DNA of 64,000 nucleotides from Rhynchopus sp. YZ270_cl-10. Taxonomy: Eukaryota. A program made the position numbers and the translations under genes. Of this stretch, positions 31,356-44,429 are shown piece after piece; the first letter of the stretch is position 1, and every line of letters starts with the position of its first letter. The notes under the pieces were generated by a model. That model was not told the origin of the DNA, searched no databases, and was given only the letters and a program-made list of their open reading frames with translations. The stretch covers positions 1,364,001 to 1,428,000 of the forward strand of contig OZ037838.1 of the NCBI GenBank assembly GCA_964035575.1. The letters run 5' to 3'.

Positions 31356-31674
31356 GTGATGCAGTCCACCCTGTGTGGGAAGCACCTCCTCGCTGTCGCT
31401 GAGTACTGCGGTGTGTTGCTATTGTGCGTTGCATCAGTGTTTGCGTTGCACCCTCGCCCGACCTACTAGCCTGTGAGGGAATTCATTTTCAGATATTTTG
31501 AAGATAACGACCATACCACCCTTTACCTTTCTTTCTCACTTTTGCTTTCTCTTGTTGCTTTGCTCCATGTTGGTGGAAAGTACGGACGCAACGCAAACAT
31601 CACAAATGCACGAAACAAAACAACCCACACCTCATCTCCTCCCAACAGAGGTGGAACAAGAAGAAGACAAAACA

Positions 31675-32792
31675 ATGGATGTGACCTTTGTGCTGGAAGA
31701 GTCAGGCGTGACTGCGACAGTGGAGGTGCCGTGCGAGGCGGACGTTGCAGCGGCAAAGGAGGTTGCGTGCACGGCGCTTGCTGTCTCGCCTGCGTCTGTC
31801 GAGATGCGCATCGGCACGCAGGTGCTGGAGGGGACGTGCCGTCTGCAGGACACTGCGTTTGATGCAGGGGTGCAGGTTGTGCTTGCCCGCCGCTTTGCCG
31901 ACATCAAGTGTCCTGCTGAGTACAGTGCAGAGGCGGCAACGAGAAAGGAGGAGAGGGATATGTTTTGTTTAAAGCTGTCTCCTTGTGGAGCACTCTGCAT
32001 CTTTTCACAGAAGGATGCCTATTACGCCGGCTTCGATACAGAAACCTTCAGACCTGTCTTCAGGTTCAGAGTAGGCAGTGGTGTGTCCGGTACGCCTGCC
32101 GTCTCACGGTGCAAGACACGCTTCTACCTGGCGTGCAGGGAAGGTCTGCACGAGGTTGCGCTTCCGGGTGGTGAGCTGCTCCGCATAGTTGGCGGTCCCT
32201 CGTACGCAGTGTTTACGTGTGGCGGTGTTGTTGTCTCCCTTGGCGAAGGTAGCGTCTCTGTGTATGATGAAGACCTGACGTTGCTCCGCTCTTTCTCGCA
32301 CGAAATGCGTGGCAAAGCAGCAGTGTCGGACTGTGGTGGGTGGGTGATCACCTCCTCCAGATCAGAGAAGAAGGCACGTCTGTGGGATGTGAACACAGGT
32401 GAAGCTGTGGCATGTGTGCCTGCGGGGGGAGACTGCTGCGTGGCGCTTTCACGATGTGCCTCTGTCTTTGCTGTGGAGTGCGATGACGAAGTGAAACTTT
32501 AGGACTGGATCTTGGCAGCTTTGAAAGGCAAGGGTATCGCGTCTGGTCCGTGAAGTTCTCTTCATGTGGAAAGTACGTCGCAGTTGAGTTGACGAAGATT
32601 TACCCTGAAGTATATAATCTGCGGCAGACTGACGGATTACTGCGCCGGTATGATGTGGCGACCATGTCCTGTGTGCACGTGCTCTCCGACATCGCTGTGT
32701 TTTCATTTGTGATGTCGCCGTGTTCACGTGTGAACTCTTTTCGAACTTGGGACGAGACACTATTTTCTCGAAACATCTGTACCCTTGATTGA
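31675..32792 (+). pseudogene. Ubl-propeller copy 10, disrupted
   Basis: TAG at 32500-32502 replaces the Y of LYDW; deletion/frameshift follows; the remaining blades are degraded. Confidence 0.8.
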
Positions 32793-33685
32793 TTCTAAAA
32801 ACGGGTAAAAAATCACGAAAGTTTTGTTTTCCCTTCATTTAGCGTTAACAGCAGTACCTGGCTAGGTTGAGGAATGTCACCACCGTTCGCAGCCATTGTT
32901 TTTCACAACGATTGCACAGAATTAATCTTAGTTTCCCGCCCCCCACCCCTCCACCCCTATTTTCCCACCCCTCCCCTTTTCATTCATGCGCAAGGCATCT
33001 CCCCTTTCCTGCACCTCCTAGTGGTGTCCTCACATCACTTTGGCCCCTACTTTTCTTTTTCCCATCCCCCACCCCGTTGCCTTACTGTGCTTGCACCTAC
33101 CCACCCCCTGATATAAATACACCTACACAGCGCAGCATTGCGCACCTCGTACTCCAGTTGCATTACACAGACTGGAGATGTTGAGCCGAATGAGGGTTCG
33201 GAAAGAAGTTGGAGAGAAAGTTGACCTATTGCCTGCTTCCACACCTGTGGTGTGTGGCACCCTGTAAGTTCTTTGTGTGAAATATTTAGTTTGGTTCTAA
33301 ACATAATTTGAATTACACACAAACCTTTCCAAAAGGTTTATTTGGAAAAATTTAAATGTTGAGAATAAAGATCGTGGCCACCACTCATCAGAATCAGTAC
33401 CCTGCAGGTTTTCGGTTCCTCCTTTGGTGCACAACAGGAAAACGGGAAACGAAAACAGAAAACAGGGAGATTTGTTAGTTGTACGCTTCCCCTTTTTGAA
33501 AAATGTGTTTACAGCAAAGAGCCAAAAATAGAAACAGTTTCAAATACAATACATTCAAAGGAACAGAAAGTATAAGAACACTCAGGACAACAGCTTTCTG
33601 TTCTTGCATGTGTGTCATTAATCATCAGTGTGTTCGCAGTGCCTACATTGGGTTGCAGCCACGAGAGTCTACCACACCCTCCCCA

Positions 33686-34183
33686 CAAGGGTGTAAATAA
33701 GCCGACTCCCGACTCCCGACTCCCGACTCCCGACTCCCGACTCCCGACTCCCGACTCCCGACTCCCGACTCCCGACTCCCGACTCCCGACTCCCGACTCC
33801 CGACTCCCGACTCCCGACTCCCGACTCCCGACTCCCGACTCCCGACTCCCGACTCCCGACTCCCGACTCCCGACTCCCGACTCCCGACTCCCGACTCCCG
33901 ACTCCCGACTCCCGACTCCCGACTCCCGACTCCCGACTCCCGACTCCCGACTCCCGACTCCCGACTCCCGACTCCCGACTCCCGACTCCCGACTCCCGAC
34001 TCCCGACTCCCGACTCCCGACTCCCGACTCCCGACTCCCGACTCCCGACTCCCGACTCCCGACTCCCGACTCCCGACTCCCGACTCCCGACTCCCGACTC
34101 CCGACTCCCGACTCCCGACTCCCGACTCCCGACTCCCGACTCCCGACTCCCGACTCCCGACTCCCGACTCCCGACTCCCGACT

Positions 34184-34234
<51 letters not shown>

Positions 34235-34934
34235 CGATACATGCTACACCTACTTTGTGATTGTGATTAGGCTTACTTTTACGTTCCCTAGTAAACTTGT
34301 TTAAGCAGCTCTGCTGCGTCTTGGGGATCTCTCGATTATATATTTTTAGGCTTCGCGTCCTGCATATTTATTGTCCACTTGCATCTGCAAGGTTGGAAGA
34401 GGGTAACAGGGGAAACTCATTAAAAATCATTCACTCACTCATCAGGATTTTTTGTGTTTCCCCGGTCTCACCCTCCGTACGTTAACTTCGCATAGTGTTT
34501 TGCCAAAAATTAAAAGAATGGGGCGGTAGGGTTTTTTATTCGGATTTGCGTTTTTGCTTTTTGCTCTTATATATATCGAGAGACCCCTTTTGATTGTGTT
34601 ACCACCCCCTCCACCCCTTGACCCACCCCCAATCATTCCTCCCTCAGGTGCGAATCAGCATCTCCTTTAGTATCTGTTATCATTTGCCCCTCCCGCGACC
34701 CTTTCATTTTTCAGTCCCCACCTCATTCCTCATTGTCTCCTCCTTCCCCCCTGTGGCCGAATAACTGGCCATTTCCCAAGGTTACCGCATCATGGAAACA
34801 AGGAGATCCAAAAAAATCCTGTTCGAGCACTTTTGACCCTCTCCAGAGGGTGCATAGTGCATACACCCCCTTCTTAGCAACTGTAAATAACCGACTCCCG
34901 ACTCCCGGACCCCCAGACCTTATTTACACCCTTG
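33686..34934 (+). mobile_element. hAT-like MITE carrying an expanded microsatellite
   Basis: 16-bp TIR CAAGGGTGTAAATAAG; 8-bp TSD CCTCCCCA; relative of 54544-54980. Confidence 0.9.
33702..34237 (+). repeat. (CCGACTC)n, about 69 copies, followed by (CCGACC)n, about 8 copies
   Basis: Read directly; copy numbers estimated from length. Confidence 0.95.
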
Positions 34935-35418
34935 CCTCCCCAGTCACACCCAATTTCACAGTTACACAGTTTCACACGCATTTCGCATTTCCAGAAAAAA
35001 AGGAAGTTTATGAAACACATCCTCGAGTGCCGTACACTAATACAACCACGTTTTCAAAGAGAAGCAAAATAAACAAGGAGGGGACAAATATTGGAGTGTA
35101 CCATTGGTAAGCAATGGTATTTCAATGATGATGTAGGTGAGTGATGACACCTCCCCCTTTTTTGCCGCACGTTTAGGAAGGCAACTTCCTATTAAGCCCG
35201 TCGACTTCATTTTCTTGGAGCTTCCAGGACCGTGCATGCTCCGTTCCCTAAAAAGGAATGGTAAAAAAGTTTCAAAAAAGAAATGAAAAAGAAAAAAAGA
35301 AGCACAACAAAACACGAAACCACACACCTTTGTTTCCCCTCTCTACCCACCTTCTTATTTGTCGTTGCGAAGTGACATCACCAACCATCACATCAAACAC
35401 AACAGAGCCCTTAACAAT

Positions 35419-36540
35419 ATGATGGATGTGACCTTTGTGCTGGAAGAGTCAGGCGTGACTGCGACAGTGGAGGTGCCGTGCGAGGCGGACGTTGCAGCGG
35501 CAAAGGAGGTTGCGTGCACGGCGCTTGCTGTCTCGCCTGCGTCTGTCGAGATGCGCATCGGCACGCAGGTGCTGGAGGGGATGTGCCGTCTGCAGGACAC
35601 TGCGTTTGATGCAGGGGTGCAGGTTGTGCTTGCCCGCCGCTTTGCCGACATCAAGTGTCCTGCTGAGTACAGTGTAGAGGCGGCAACTGGTGGGCAGGGG
35701 ATGAATCGTTTAACGCTGTCTCCTTGTGGAGCACTCTGCCTCTTTACACAGCAGGAAGGCCACATCACCGGCCTCGATACAGAAACCTTCAGCCCTGCCT
35801 TCAGGTTCAAAGTAGACTTTGAGGTGTGGGGTGCGCCTGCCATCTCACGGTGCAAGACACGCTGCTACCTGCCGTGCTGGGAAGGTCTGCACGAGGTTGC
35901 TCTTCCGGGTGGGGAGGTGCTCCGCAAAGTCGACGGCACCTCGTACGCAGGGTTTGCGTGTGGTGTTGTTGTTGTCTCCCATGTCCTAGACGGCGTCTCT
36001 GTGTATGACGAAGACCTGACGTTGCTCCGCTCTCTCTCGCACAAAGGGTGTAATGGGGTAGCAGTGTCGGACTGTGGTGGGTGGGTGATCACCTCTTCCT
36101 ACAGTGAGGACAACGCACGTCTGTGGGATGTGAACACAGGCGAAGCTGTTGCATGTGTGCCTGCGGATGGGGGCATCGTGGCGCTTTCACGGTCTGCCTC
36201 TGTCTTTGCTGTGATGTGCTCTGACAAAGTGCAGCTCTATGACTGGAGTGGTGCGGCTCTTGGCAGCTTTGAAAAGGAGCAGTGCCTAGTCTGGGCCGTG
36301 CAGTTCACTCCATGTGGGAAGTACGTCGTTGTTGGGTTTATGCATGGCGACGTATATTCTCACCTCACAGAGTACACTCTGCACCAGTATGATGTGGCGA
36401 CCATGTCCTGTGTGCGTGTGATACGGTACGCCAAAGGACTATGTGCGATATCGCCGTGTTCACGTGTGGTTATGTTCAAGGCAGCAGGAGGTGACGCAGG
36501 AAGTGACGTCCTTGTGACACAACATCTGTACCCCTACTGA
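35419..36540 (+). CDS. Ubl + propeller, copy 11 (sister of copy 9)
   Basis: Intact paralog. Confidence 0.85.
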   Translation: MMDVTFVLEESGVTATVEVPCEADVAAAKEVACTALAVSPASVEMRIGTQVLEGMCRLQDTAFDAGVQVVLARRFADIKCPAEYSVEAATGGQGMNRLTLSPCGALCLFTQQEGHITGLDTETFSPAFRFKVDFEVWGAPAISRCKTRCYLPCWEGLHEVALPGGEVLRKVDGTSYAGFACGVVVVSHVLDGVSVYDEDLTLLRSLSHKGCNGVAVSDCGGWVITSSYSEDNARLWDVNTGEAVACVPADGGIVALSRSASVFAVMCSDKVQLYDWSGAALGSFEKEQCLVWAVQFTPCGKYVVVGFMHGDVYSHLTEYTLHQYDVATMSCVRVIRYAKGLCAISPCSRVVMFKAAGGDAGSDVLVTQHLYPY

Positions 36541-36841
36541 GTGATGCAGTCCACCCTGTGTGGGAAGCACCTCCTCGCTGTCGCTGAGTACTGCGGTGTG
36601 TTGCTCTCGTGTGTTGCATCAGTGTTTGCGTTGCACCCTCGACCTACTAGCCTGTGAGGGAATTCACTTTGAGGATAACGACACACCACCCTATTCCTCT
36701 CTTTTTCACTTTTGCTTTCTCTTGTTGCTTTGCTCCATGTTGGTGGAAAGTCCGGACGCAACGCAAACATCACAAACACACAAAACAACCCACACCTCAT
36801 CTCCTCCCAACAGAGGTGGAACAAGAAGAAGACAAAACAAT

Positions 36842-37972
36842 ATGATGGATGTGACCTTTGTGCTGGAAGAGTCAGGCGTGACTGCGACAGTGGAGGTGCC
36901 GTGCGAGGCGGACGTTGCAGCGGCAAAGGAGGTTGCGTGCACGGCGCTTGCTGTCTCGCCTGCGTCTGTCGAGATGCGCATCGGCACGCAGGTGCTGGAG
37001 GGGACGTGCCGTCTGCAGGACACTGCGTTTGATGCAGGGGTGCAGGTTGTGCTTGCCCGCCGCTTTGCCGATATCAAGTGTCCTGCTGAGTACAATGTAG
37101 AGGTTCCAACCGGTGGGCTGCGGCAGAATACTGCGGTAGATTACTTTTTGCTGTCTCCTTGTGGAGCACTCTGCCTCTTTACACAGGAGGAAGGAAATGT
37201 CACCGGCCTCGATACAGAAACCTTCAGCCCTGCCTTCAGGTTCAAAGTAGACATTGAGGTGTACGGTGCCCCTGCCATCTCGCAGTGCAAGACACGCTGC
37301 TACATGGCGGGCAGGAAAGGTCTCCACGAGGTTGCGCTTCCCGGTGGGGAGGTGCTCCGCAAAGTCGGTGGCCACTCGAACGAAGTGTTCGCGTGTGGCA
37401 GTGTTGTTGTCTCCCGTGGCCCAGGAAACATCTCTGTGTATGACGAAGACCTGACGTTGCTCCGCTCTCTCTCACACAAGGGGTGCACCCAGTGGTGCGG
37501 GAGCATGGCAGTGTCGGACTGTGGTGGGTGGGCGATCACCTCCTCCAGTGAGAAAAACGCACGTCTGTGGGATGTGAACACAGGTGAAGCTGTGGTATGT
37601 GTGCCTGCGGATGGGAGATGCGTGGCTCTTTCACGACCTGCCTCTGTCTTTGCTGTGGAATGCTCTGACAAAGTGCAGCTCTATGACTGGAGTGGTGCGG
37701 CTCTTGGCTGCTTGGAAAAAGTGCGGTGGTATGTCGGTACCGTGCTGTTCACTCCATGTGGGAAGTACGTCGTTGTTGACTTTGCGAGGGGTGAACTTGG
37801 TGAAGAGTACACTCTGCACCAGTATGATGTGGCGACCATGTCCTGTGTGCGTACGTTCCCTGAGTCTGAAGTCACCCCCCATAGAATTGCGATATCGCCG
37901 TGTTCACGTATGGTAGTGTTTGGAAACCACGAACGAGACACTATCGAGACGAGACATCTGTACCCCTACTGA
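36842..37972 (+). CDS. Ubl + propeller, copy 12
   Basis: Intact paralog; nearly matches the 3' part of copy 8. Confidence 0.85.
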   Translation: MMDVTFVLEESGVTATVEVPCEADVAAAKEVACTALAVSPASVEMRIGTQVLEGTCRLQDTAFDAGVQVVLARRFADIKCPAEYNVEVPTGGLRQNTAVDYFLLSPCGALCLFTQEEGNVTGLDTETFSPAFRFKVDIEVYGAPAISQCKTRCYMAGRKGLHEVALPGGEVLRKVGGHSNEVFACGSVVVSRGPGNISVYDEDLTLLRSLSHKGCTQWCGSMAVSDCGGWAITSSSEKNARLWDVNTGEAVVCVPADGRCVALSRPASVFAVECSDKVQLYDWSGAALGCLEKVRWYVGTVLFTPCGKYVVVDFARGELGEEYTLHQYDVATMSCVRTFPESEVTPHRIAISPCSRMVVFGNHERDTIETRHLYPY

Positions 37973-38834
37973 GTGATGTTTTGCGAGAGGTTGTGTTTGT
38001 GCAGCTTCTCGCAGGCAGTCCACTCCAGAAGCACCTCCTCGCTGTCGCTGAGCAGTTGCAGCAGTGTTCGTTTCACTCCCCCCTGAATGCGTATCGCACT
38101 CTACCTCGCTACTACATTCATGTAAGGAGGATTGATCTGGAAGGTGCACCACATAGCTGCTCTTAAGGGTCGTGGTGGTCTACGTGAGGTGCGTTCATCG
38201 TTGCGAAGGTGTCTCGGTTTTCTTAAGTAATAGAGAACCGAATGGAGTGGGAACGTTAGTGAGAGCGCAGCGAAACGATAGTGGGAACGCAACGAGCTTT
38301 TTTCATAATGTTTTATTCTTCCCCGCAAAAATATCACGCGCAGAGAAACACTCGTTTTTTCACACAGCACGTCCGTTGTTTGCTTTTTATCAACGACACC
38401 TTTTTTCAAAAATTTTCCCCGGTATCACATATGATACTGTCTTTCCATGGATGCACCTGGAAAGGAGTTCCGTGCTATTCACAGAACTCGATAGGCGATT
38501 GAGCGTATCTAAGAACAACCAAAACAAAAGAAAGTACAAAGAAGAGAATAAAAAATGCAGGAAAAATAGGCAAAGAGAAAAACAAAGAGATTTTGACAAA
38601 AGGAACAATAAAATGTTTTCCCCCTTACAGTTTTGGGGGCAGGAAAAAAAGTTGTTTTTAGTTGTATGTTAACAGAAACAAACCTCTAGTGGAGTTCATC
38701 CTCACTTTCCACTAATACAACCAAATTTTCAAAAAAAAAAACCAAACTTAACCCCTAAAAACCCCCTGACCGATACGTATGACGTGCGGCGTACCAAAAG
38801 TGAAAAGTGGTGTGACCTATACAAGGGTAGTGGT

Positions 38835-40112
38835 ATACCTTAGAAGGACCTTAGAAGGACCTTTTTTACACCTTTTTTTTTGGGGGGTGCTAAAATTATT
38901 TTGTGTACATCTTTTTGGTGGTTTTTTGTGGCCAGAAATTTTCCCCAGAAATTTTTACCCACAAAAAATCAAAAATTTTTTTTTTTGATTTCGGTGCACC
39001 GGAGCCTGTACGTGCTGTGATGGGGTCACTTTGCGCTCAGAACTGAGTATTTTTGACCTAAAATGCATGTGTCAGTTTTTACAGGCCATTTTCAGGTTCT
39101 GTGTGCAAAATATGGTCAGTACTTGACTTCTGAAGGAAAAGTACAAAAGGAACGTGGGGCAGTTTGCGTAGATGCGAATTTTACACCCCACCATTTGACG
39201 GGCGGAGCTCGTGGAACCCAACGAAGAGTGAGAAAAAAGGATACGCCGAAACAATAAAAGTAGCGTACCGTGCGCCTGCGGCGCAAGCTAGTATCCCACC
39301 TTCCCATGACATAGTGTCGCAGGCTATCGCCGTCTCGGAACCCGCCATCGGCCCTTTGGTACTGGGTACTGGGTACTGGGTACTGGGTACTGGGTACTGG
39401 GTACTGGGTACTGGGTACTGGGTACTGGGTACTGGGTACTGGGTACTGGGTACTGGGTACTGGGTACTGGGTACTGGGTACTGGGTACTGGGTACTGGGT
39501 ACTGGGTACTGGGTACTGGGTACTGGGTACTGGGTACTGGGTACTGGGTACTGGGTACTGGGTACTGGGTACTGGGTACTGGGTACTGGGTACTGGGTAC
39601 TGGGTACTGGGTACTGGGTACTGGGTACTGGGTACTGGGTACTGGGTACTGGGTACTGGGTACTGGGTACTGGGTACTGGGTACTGGGTACTGGGTACTG
39701 GGTACTGGGTACTGGGTACTGGGTACTGGGTACTGGGTACTGGGTACTGGGTACTGGGTACTGGGTACTGGGTACTGGGTACTGGGTACTGGGTACTGGG
39801 TACTGGGTACTGGGTACTGGGTACTGGGTACTGGGTACTGGGTACTGGGTACTGGGTACTGGGTACTGGGTACTGGGTACTGGGTACTGGGTACTGGGTA
39901 CTGGGTACTGGGTACTGGGTACTGGGTACTGGGTACTGGGTACTGGGTACTGGGTACTGGGTACTGGGTACACAGTTTTTTGATCGAAAACAAGTCCACT
40001 CCACCACAGAGAAAGCTCGGGAAAAAGTCACGTTTTCCTTAAGGAAATGCCCTAAGGAAAACCACCATACCTTAGAAGGACCTTAGAAGGACCTTTTTTA
40101 CACCTTTTTTTT
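38835..40112. repeat. Segment bounded by ~45-bp direct repeats, containing a satellite
   Basis: ataccttagaaggaccttagaaggaccttttttacacctttttttt at ~38835 and ~40067; no convincing TIR found. Confidence 0.55.
39358..39971 (+). repeat. (GGTACTG)n 7-bp satellite, about 87 copies
   Basis: Read directly. Confidence 0.95.
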
Positions 40113-40256
40113 AGAAAAATCACACCAAAAAGGGGTTTAATATTTTTGCTACACCCCTCATTTTCCCAATACCCCGAAAACTGCATTAAACCAGGCAACC
40201 CGAAAAAAGCACCCCTACAATACAAAACAGAAACCCCCCCCTCAACACAATTTGAA

Positions 40257-41351
40257 ATGAAGCCACCCACACCGATCTACATCGACGAGGGCTATGGTGC
40301 TATTGAGATCACTGAGGGGGAGAAGTATGTACCGGACACTTTCGCAGCACAGCATATGTCCCTGCGCGCTGCCGAGACCTCCTACGCTGACTACCGAAAC
40401 AACACCACAGCGGCTCCTCTACCCGCAACCGACTCAGCCGACGACGACAACGGCCTGACCGAAGACGGCAGCCTACCCTTCGAGGTCTTTACACAGCTAG
40501 AGGGCGACCCTTGCGCCAACGACACCTCTCTGCTTCAAGCGTACTACGAATCTGCCACTGCCATCGTTCTCGGATGGGTAGAAGGCATCATCGCGATGAT
40601 GCCTCTCATCTGCCAGACAGAGGACACACTACGAACCATCGCAGAAAGGGAAGAGCGTGCGGGACGGTCTGCCATTAATGACCAATACTTTCGCTACACC
40701 ATTGACAAGGCAATTTCGTTGGAGATGTACGAAGCGAAGAAGATCCCTGCAGATGACACCGACATACCCAATATTTTGAGCCGTTTTGATAGCTTCATGC
40801 ACTTGGTCACACTATACGATGTTAAGAGGAGAATATCACAACATGACTATGAAATGGCGGACCCAGGTTCCGCGAGATACGTAGACCTGAACAAACAGAG
40901 GGTCAACGTTGTGAACAAAATGCTGACAGTTGTGCAGGAAGTGGTCGCGACAGGGGAGGAGTTGGGGCTGCGTTTGGAGTCTCGGTTGGCGTTGATCCAG
41001 AGACACGACGAGATAGAGCATTGTAGGTCGTTCGTTGCAGAAGGGACGTTGAGTCATCGGGACTTCTCGTCTGCTCGGAAAGAGCTGAACATACTGTCGC
41101 AAGCAGCGGAGGCAACACGGTTCAGGATATTCCATCTGCGAAAGGCAGTCAGTGAGACGCTCATCACCTGGGATCGTATCACCATGACAGTGGCGGCCGA
41201 GCTGCAGCTGTCGCCACACCTCGTGGAGGAGGCTCGTATGGAGGGACGCAAACGCCACGCAAACAAAGAACGTCAGTTCGAGGAGCTCCTCGAACAGCGT
41301 GTACACAAAACACAGCTTACAGCAAAACACCACTTTCTTCTGAAGGATTGA
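40257..41351 (+). CDS. Hypothetical helical/coiled-coil protein (364 aa)
   Basis: Long ORF with coding-like composition between AT-rich flanks; first ATG at 40257; no family recognised. Confidence 0.65.
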   Translation: MKPPTPIYIDEGYGAIEITEGEKYVPDTFAAQHMSLRAAETSYADYRNNTTAAPLPATDSADDDNGLTEDGSLPFEVFTQLEGDPCANDTSLLQAYYESATAIVLGWVEGIIAMMPLICQTEDTLRTIAEREERAGRSAINDQYFRYTIDKAISLEMYEAKKIPADDTDIPNILSRFDSFMHLVTLYDVKRRISQHDYEMADPGSARYVDLNKQRVNVVNKMLTVVQEVVATGEELGLRLESRLALIQRHDEIEHCRSFVAEGTLSHRDFSSARKELNILSQAAEATRFRIFHLRKAVSETLITWDRITMTVAAELQLSPHLVEEARMEGRKRHANKERQFEELLEQRVHKTQLTAKHHFLLKD

Positions 41352-41792
41352 TAGGAGTTTTGTTGATGACAAAAAAAAAAAAAAACCAAAAATAAAACAA
41401 CACAAAACACACCGAGCAACGCAATATTTTACCATTTTCGTCCCTCTTTTTTCTTCCGAAAAATAAAATAATGGGGTGACCGCTTTTCTGGGGGGGGGGG
41501 AAATATTTTTTTGAAAAAAAAATTGTAGTTTTGCTTTTTTCTTCAGCAAAATTAGCAATAATTGAATATGCCCTGCTCGCAACAAATAATCATAAAAACC
41601 CCCATCTTTCTCTTTCGATACATGGTGTGACCGATGACCCCCCAAAATAGCAGAAAATAGCAGAAAGTAGCACAAAAATAGCACACCCTTTCAGCCACAC
41701 CAAATACGTATCCTTTTATTGTCATTCCTTTCTGTACACCCCCTCCACCCCCTCCATCCCCTCCACCCTCATTCAGTCCCCTTCCCCTCACA

Positions 41793-43613
41793 ATGGCACT
41801 GTCTACTTTAGGAGTGTACGTCACAAAGCTGTACGACAAATTCTTTGAATCCTCATTGAGCAAGGCACACCTGCTCCTGCGCATGCCGCTGTGCTTCCTG
41901 TTTGGGGCAATTCTGTTTGTCGAGGCCATTGCGTACTTTACGGTGCGCGCTGTTGTCATTGTACTGGAATTCTTTTTGGCACGACGGGCCTCTTCCACCA
42001 GCGAGCTTCACGCCAAACGCCGTTCTGCCACAACCTTTGAGGAATACCACGCCGCCTGCAAAGAGGTCGATGAAAGCGAAGGTCGCGGCTCCTGGCGGAG
42101 GAACCCCCGGTCGCAGCACTACGACTCCACTCTTCTCATTTCCCTTACCAAACGTCTTCATCGCTTGCGTACTACAGGAAAGCTGGATGAGTTGATGCAC
42201 ACCCTCACCTTCGGTCGCAACACTGCTGGAATGATGAATTTAGATCTTTATACAAAAGCATGGTCCGGTGGAAAATACTGCATCACCGAATACGTCGACG
42301 AAGTGGTCCGTTGTACCGAAATGATTTCCACCTTTCCAATCGACCCCGAGACCGATCCGATCCTTTTTCACGACCGTCGCCGCTTTTTTCTCCGAGCGCG
42401 CACCGAATATGGAAACACCTGTCTTCTCCTCTCTGGAGGTGCGATGTTAGGGCTTTACCACTTTGGTATTATCAAAGCATTGATCGAACAAAACATTCTT
42501 CCGAAGATCATTAGCGGCGCCTCCGCTGGGGCGGTAGTAGGATCCTACATCGCGGCTCGCTCTGACGAAGAAATTCTCAAAGATTTAAACGACCCGAGAG
42601 TACTCTCTCATAAATTCGGCCCTCTCGGCCCTTTCTGGGGAGGACGTATCTTCCAAATGTACAAAGCATTTACCTCTGGTGTGGTCTATGATATCGAGAA
42701 TTTCCATACAAAAATTCTCTGGTTTACGAAGAATCTCACCTTTTTGGAGGTGTACAAAAGGACTGGGAGGGTCTTGAATATTTCGTGCACACCAAACAAG
42801 ACATCGACAGTCAAACGCAACCCACCGGTTATGCTCAACTACATCACCTCGCCTCACGTTCCGGTGGCCTATGCAGTCATGGCAAGCTCCTGCGTTCCTT
42901 TGTTGATGCACCCCGTAGTGTTGATGGAGCGGGTACGTGACGAACATGGTGCTTATATCGAGATAGGTAAAGGGGAGTACAAAGAGCGTCCATTCATGGG
43001 AGGGACGGATGGCGGTGATTTGGATGAAGCAATCGGCATGCGTGATGGCTCCTTCGAATCGGACATCCCGGTCATGTATATGGGGCGTGTTTTTGATGGC
43101 CATTTCAACATCGTATCGCAGGTCAACCCTCACGTTGTCCCATTCTTCTTTAACAATACTGGAGAAGCTGGAAGGCCATTGCGGTCGTGGAACTCAAAGG
43201 GTGGCTGGCGTGGAGGGTTTTTGCTGTCACTCTCGGAAATGTGGTTGAAGGAGGATATGCGAAAAAATGTACGAATTTTGAGCGCCATGCGTCTGCTGGT
43301 TGATGTGATGGGCGTCGATTGGGGTGCGCTCTGGCTGCAGGATTCTATGGGTGATCTTACCATTACCCCGAAGCTGACTCTCTCCGATCTTTTCAATATT
43401 TCAAAGAATCTGCAAGATGGGCCTGCAGGAAGGCAGCAACTCTCTGAGATGATCCGCAAGTCTGAACTCAAAGCGTGGCACGCCATCCCAATGCTGCTCA
43501 ACAGAATGCGTATCCAAAACGCCCTCGAAAAAGCTGACCTCCTCCACAACACAGAGAACCTCCCTGCCATGGCTCTGCTTGCCCCAGAGCTCGCGGAGCT
43601 GGAGTCGGATTGA
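41793..43613 (+). CDS. Patatin-like triacylglycerol lipase (SDP1/Tgl3-5 type)
   Basis: LSGGAMLGLYHFG glycine-rich loop, GASAG nucleophile, DGS catalytic Asp, NIVSQVNPH; N-terminal TM and DUF3336-like region. Confidence 0.92.
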   Translation: MALSTLGVYVTKLYDKFFESSLSKAHLLLRMPLCFLFGAILFVEAIAYFTVRAVVIVLEFFLARRASSTSELHAKRRSATTFEEYHAACKEVDESEGRGSWRRNPRSQHYDSTLLISLTKRLHRLRTTGKLDELMHTLTFGRNTAGMMNLDLYTKAWSGGKYCITEYVDEVVRCTEMISTFPIDPETDPILFHDRRRFFLRARTEYGNTCLLLSGGAMLGLYHFGIIKALIEQNILPKIISGASAGAVVGSYIAARSDEEILKDLNDPRVLSHKFGPLGPFWGGRIFQMYKAFTSGVVYDIENFHTKILWFTKNLTFLEVYKRTGRVLNISCTPNKTSTVKRNPPVMLNYITSPHVPVAYAVMASSCVPLLMHPVVLMERVRDEHGAYIEIGKGEYKERPFMGGTDGGDLDEAIGMRDGSFESDIPVMYMGRVFDGHFNIVSQVNPHVVPFFFNNTGEAGRPLRSWNSKGGWRGGFLLSLSEMWLKEDMRKNVRILSAMRLLVDVMGVDWGALWLQDSMGDLTITPKLTLSDLFNISKNLQDGPAGRQQLSEMIRKSELKAWHAIPMLLNRMRIQNALEKADLLHNTENLPAMALLAPELAELESD

Positions 43614-44429
43614 GAAATGCGCCGAGAGAGAGGAGGGAAAGAGGGGGGTCTGTGTAGAAAATAGTGAAAGAACAAAAAGGTTCAGCTATTTTTCTGTTGT
43701 TCTGTAGTGGTCCGCTCCCCTCGCTCCACCCCCCCTTTTTTTTTTTGGTTGGGCAAAAGAGGATATGCTTAGAATTCATCTTACAAACTTTTTTGCGGTA
43801 TTCAGACACCCCCTATGTCGGGCGTCAATACAAAAATATTTTTAGGTGGGGAAAAAAAAATCAATTTGAAGTCCGGTTTAAAAAAAAGACCGCTTTTCTG
43901 AGAAATTCTCAAAAAAAAAAGGCCCCTACCCTTGCTGTTGTGTCTCTTCCCATACCCACCTAATATAGTTGCCCTGTATATCTCTCTTGATGTGATTCAG
44001 GTGAAAGGGTGTATTAGATTGGACTGTAGAGCCACCAGCAAACGGGAAGTGTGGGTATTTTTTTTAAATAGTTGGTATCATCGAACCGTCCTAAAAAAAA
44101 ACCTCCCCACGATAAAACTTTTACTCGGCCATTATAGCCGTGTTAAGGGTTTGCGTCCGATGAACGGGCGTTTGCACTTTGCACTTTCAACTTCTCTTTT
44201 TTTATTTTTAATTTTTTGTTGTGTGTAGAAAATGTTATTTGTTATGTACAGCTCAGCTAGCGTAATTCATTGAGGGCCTATCCCAATGGCGGGCATTGTT
44301 CCTGCGACGATAATTACCAGCGGCACAGTACTTTTCTTGTGTTTCATCTGGATGGTTGGCCTCGTTACAGTAGGTCATTCGGAGGTGCCTGCATCAACAA
44401 CTATTCGTTTCTCTTTGTATTTTCGGGGT

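Noticed and set aside
38748..40140. piggyBac-like boundaries (ttaacccct ... aggggtttaa) around the GGTACTG satellite
   Set aside because: The match is off by one base and does not extend into a real TIR.
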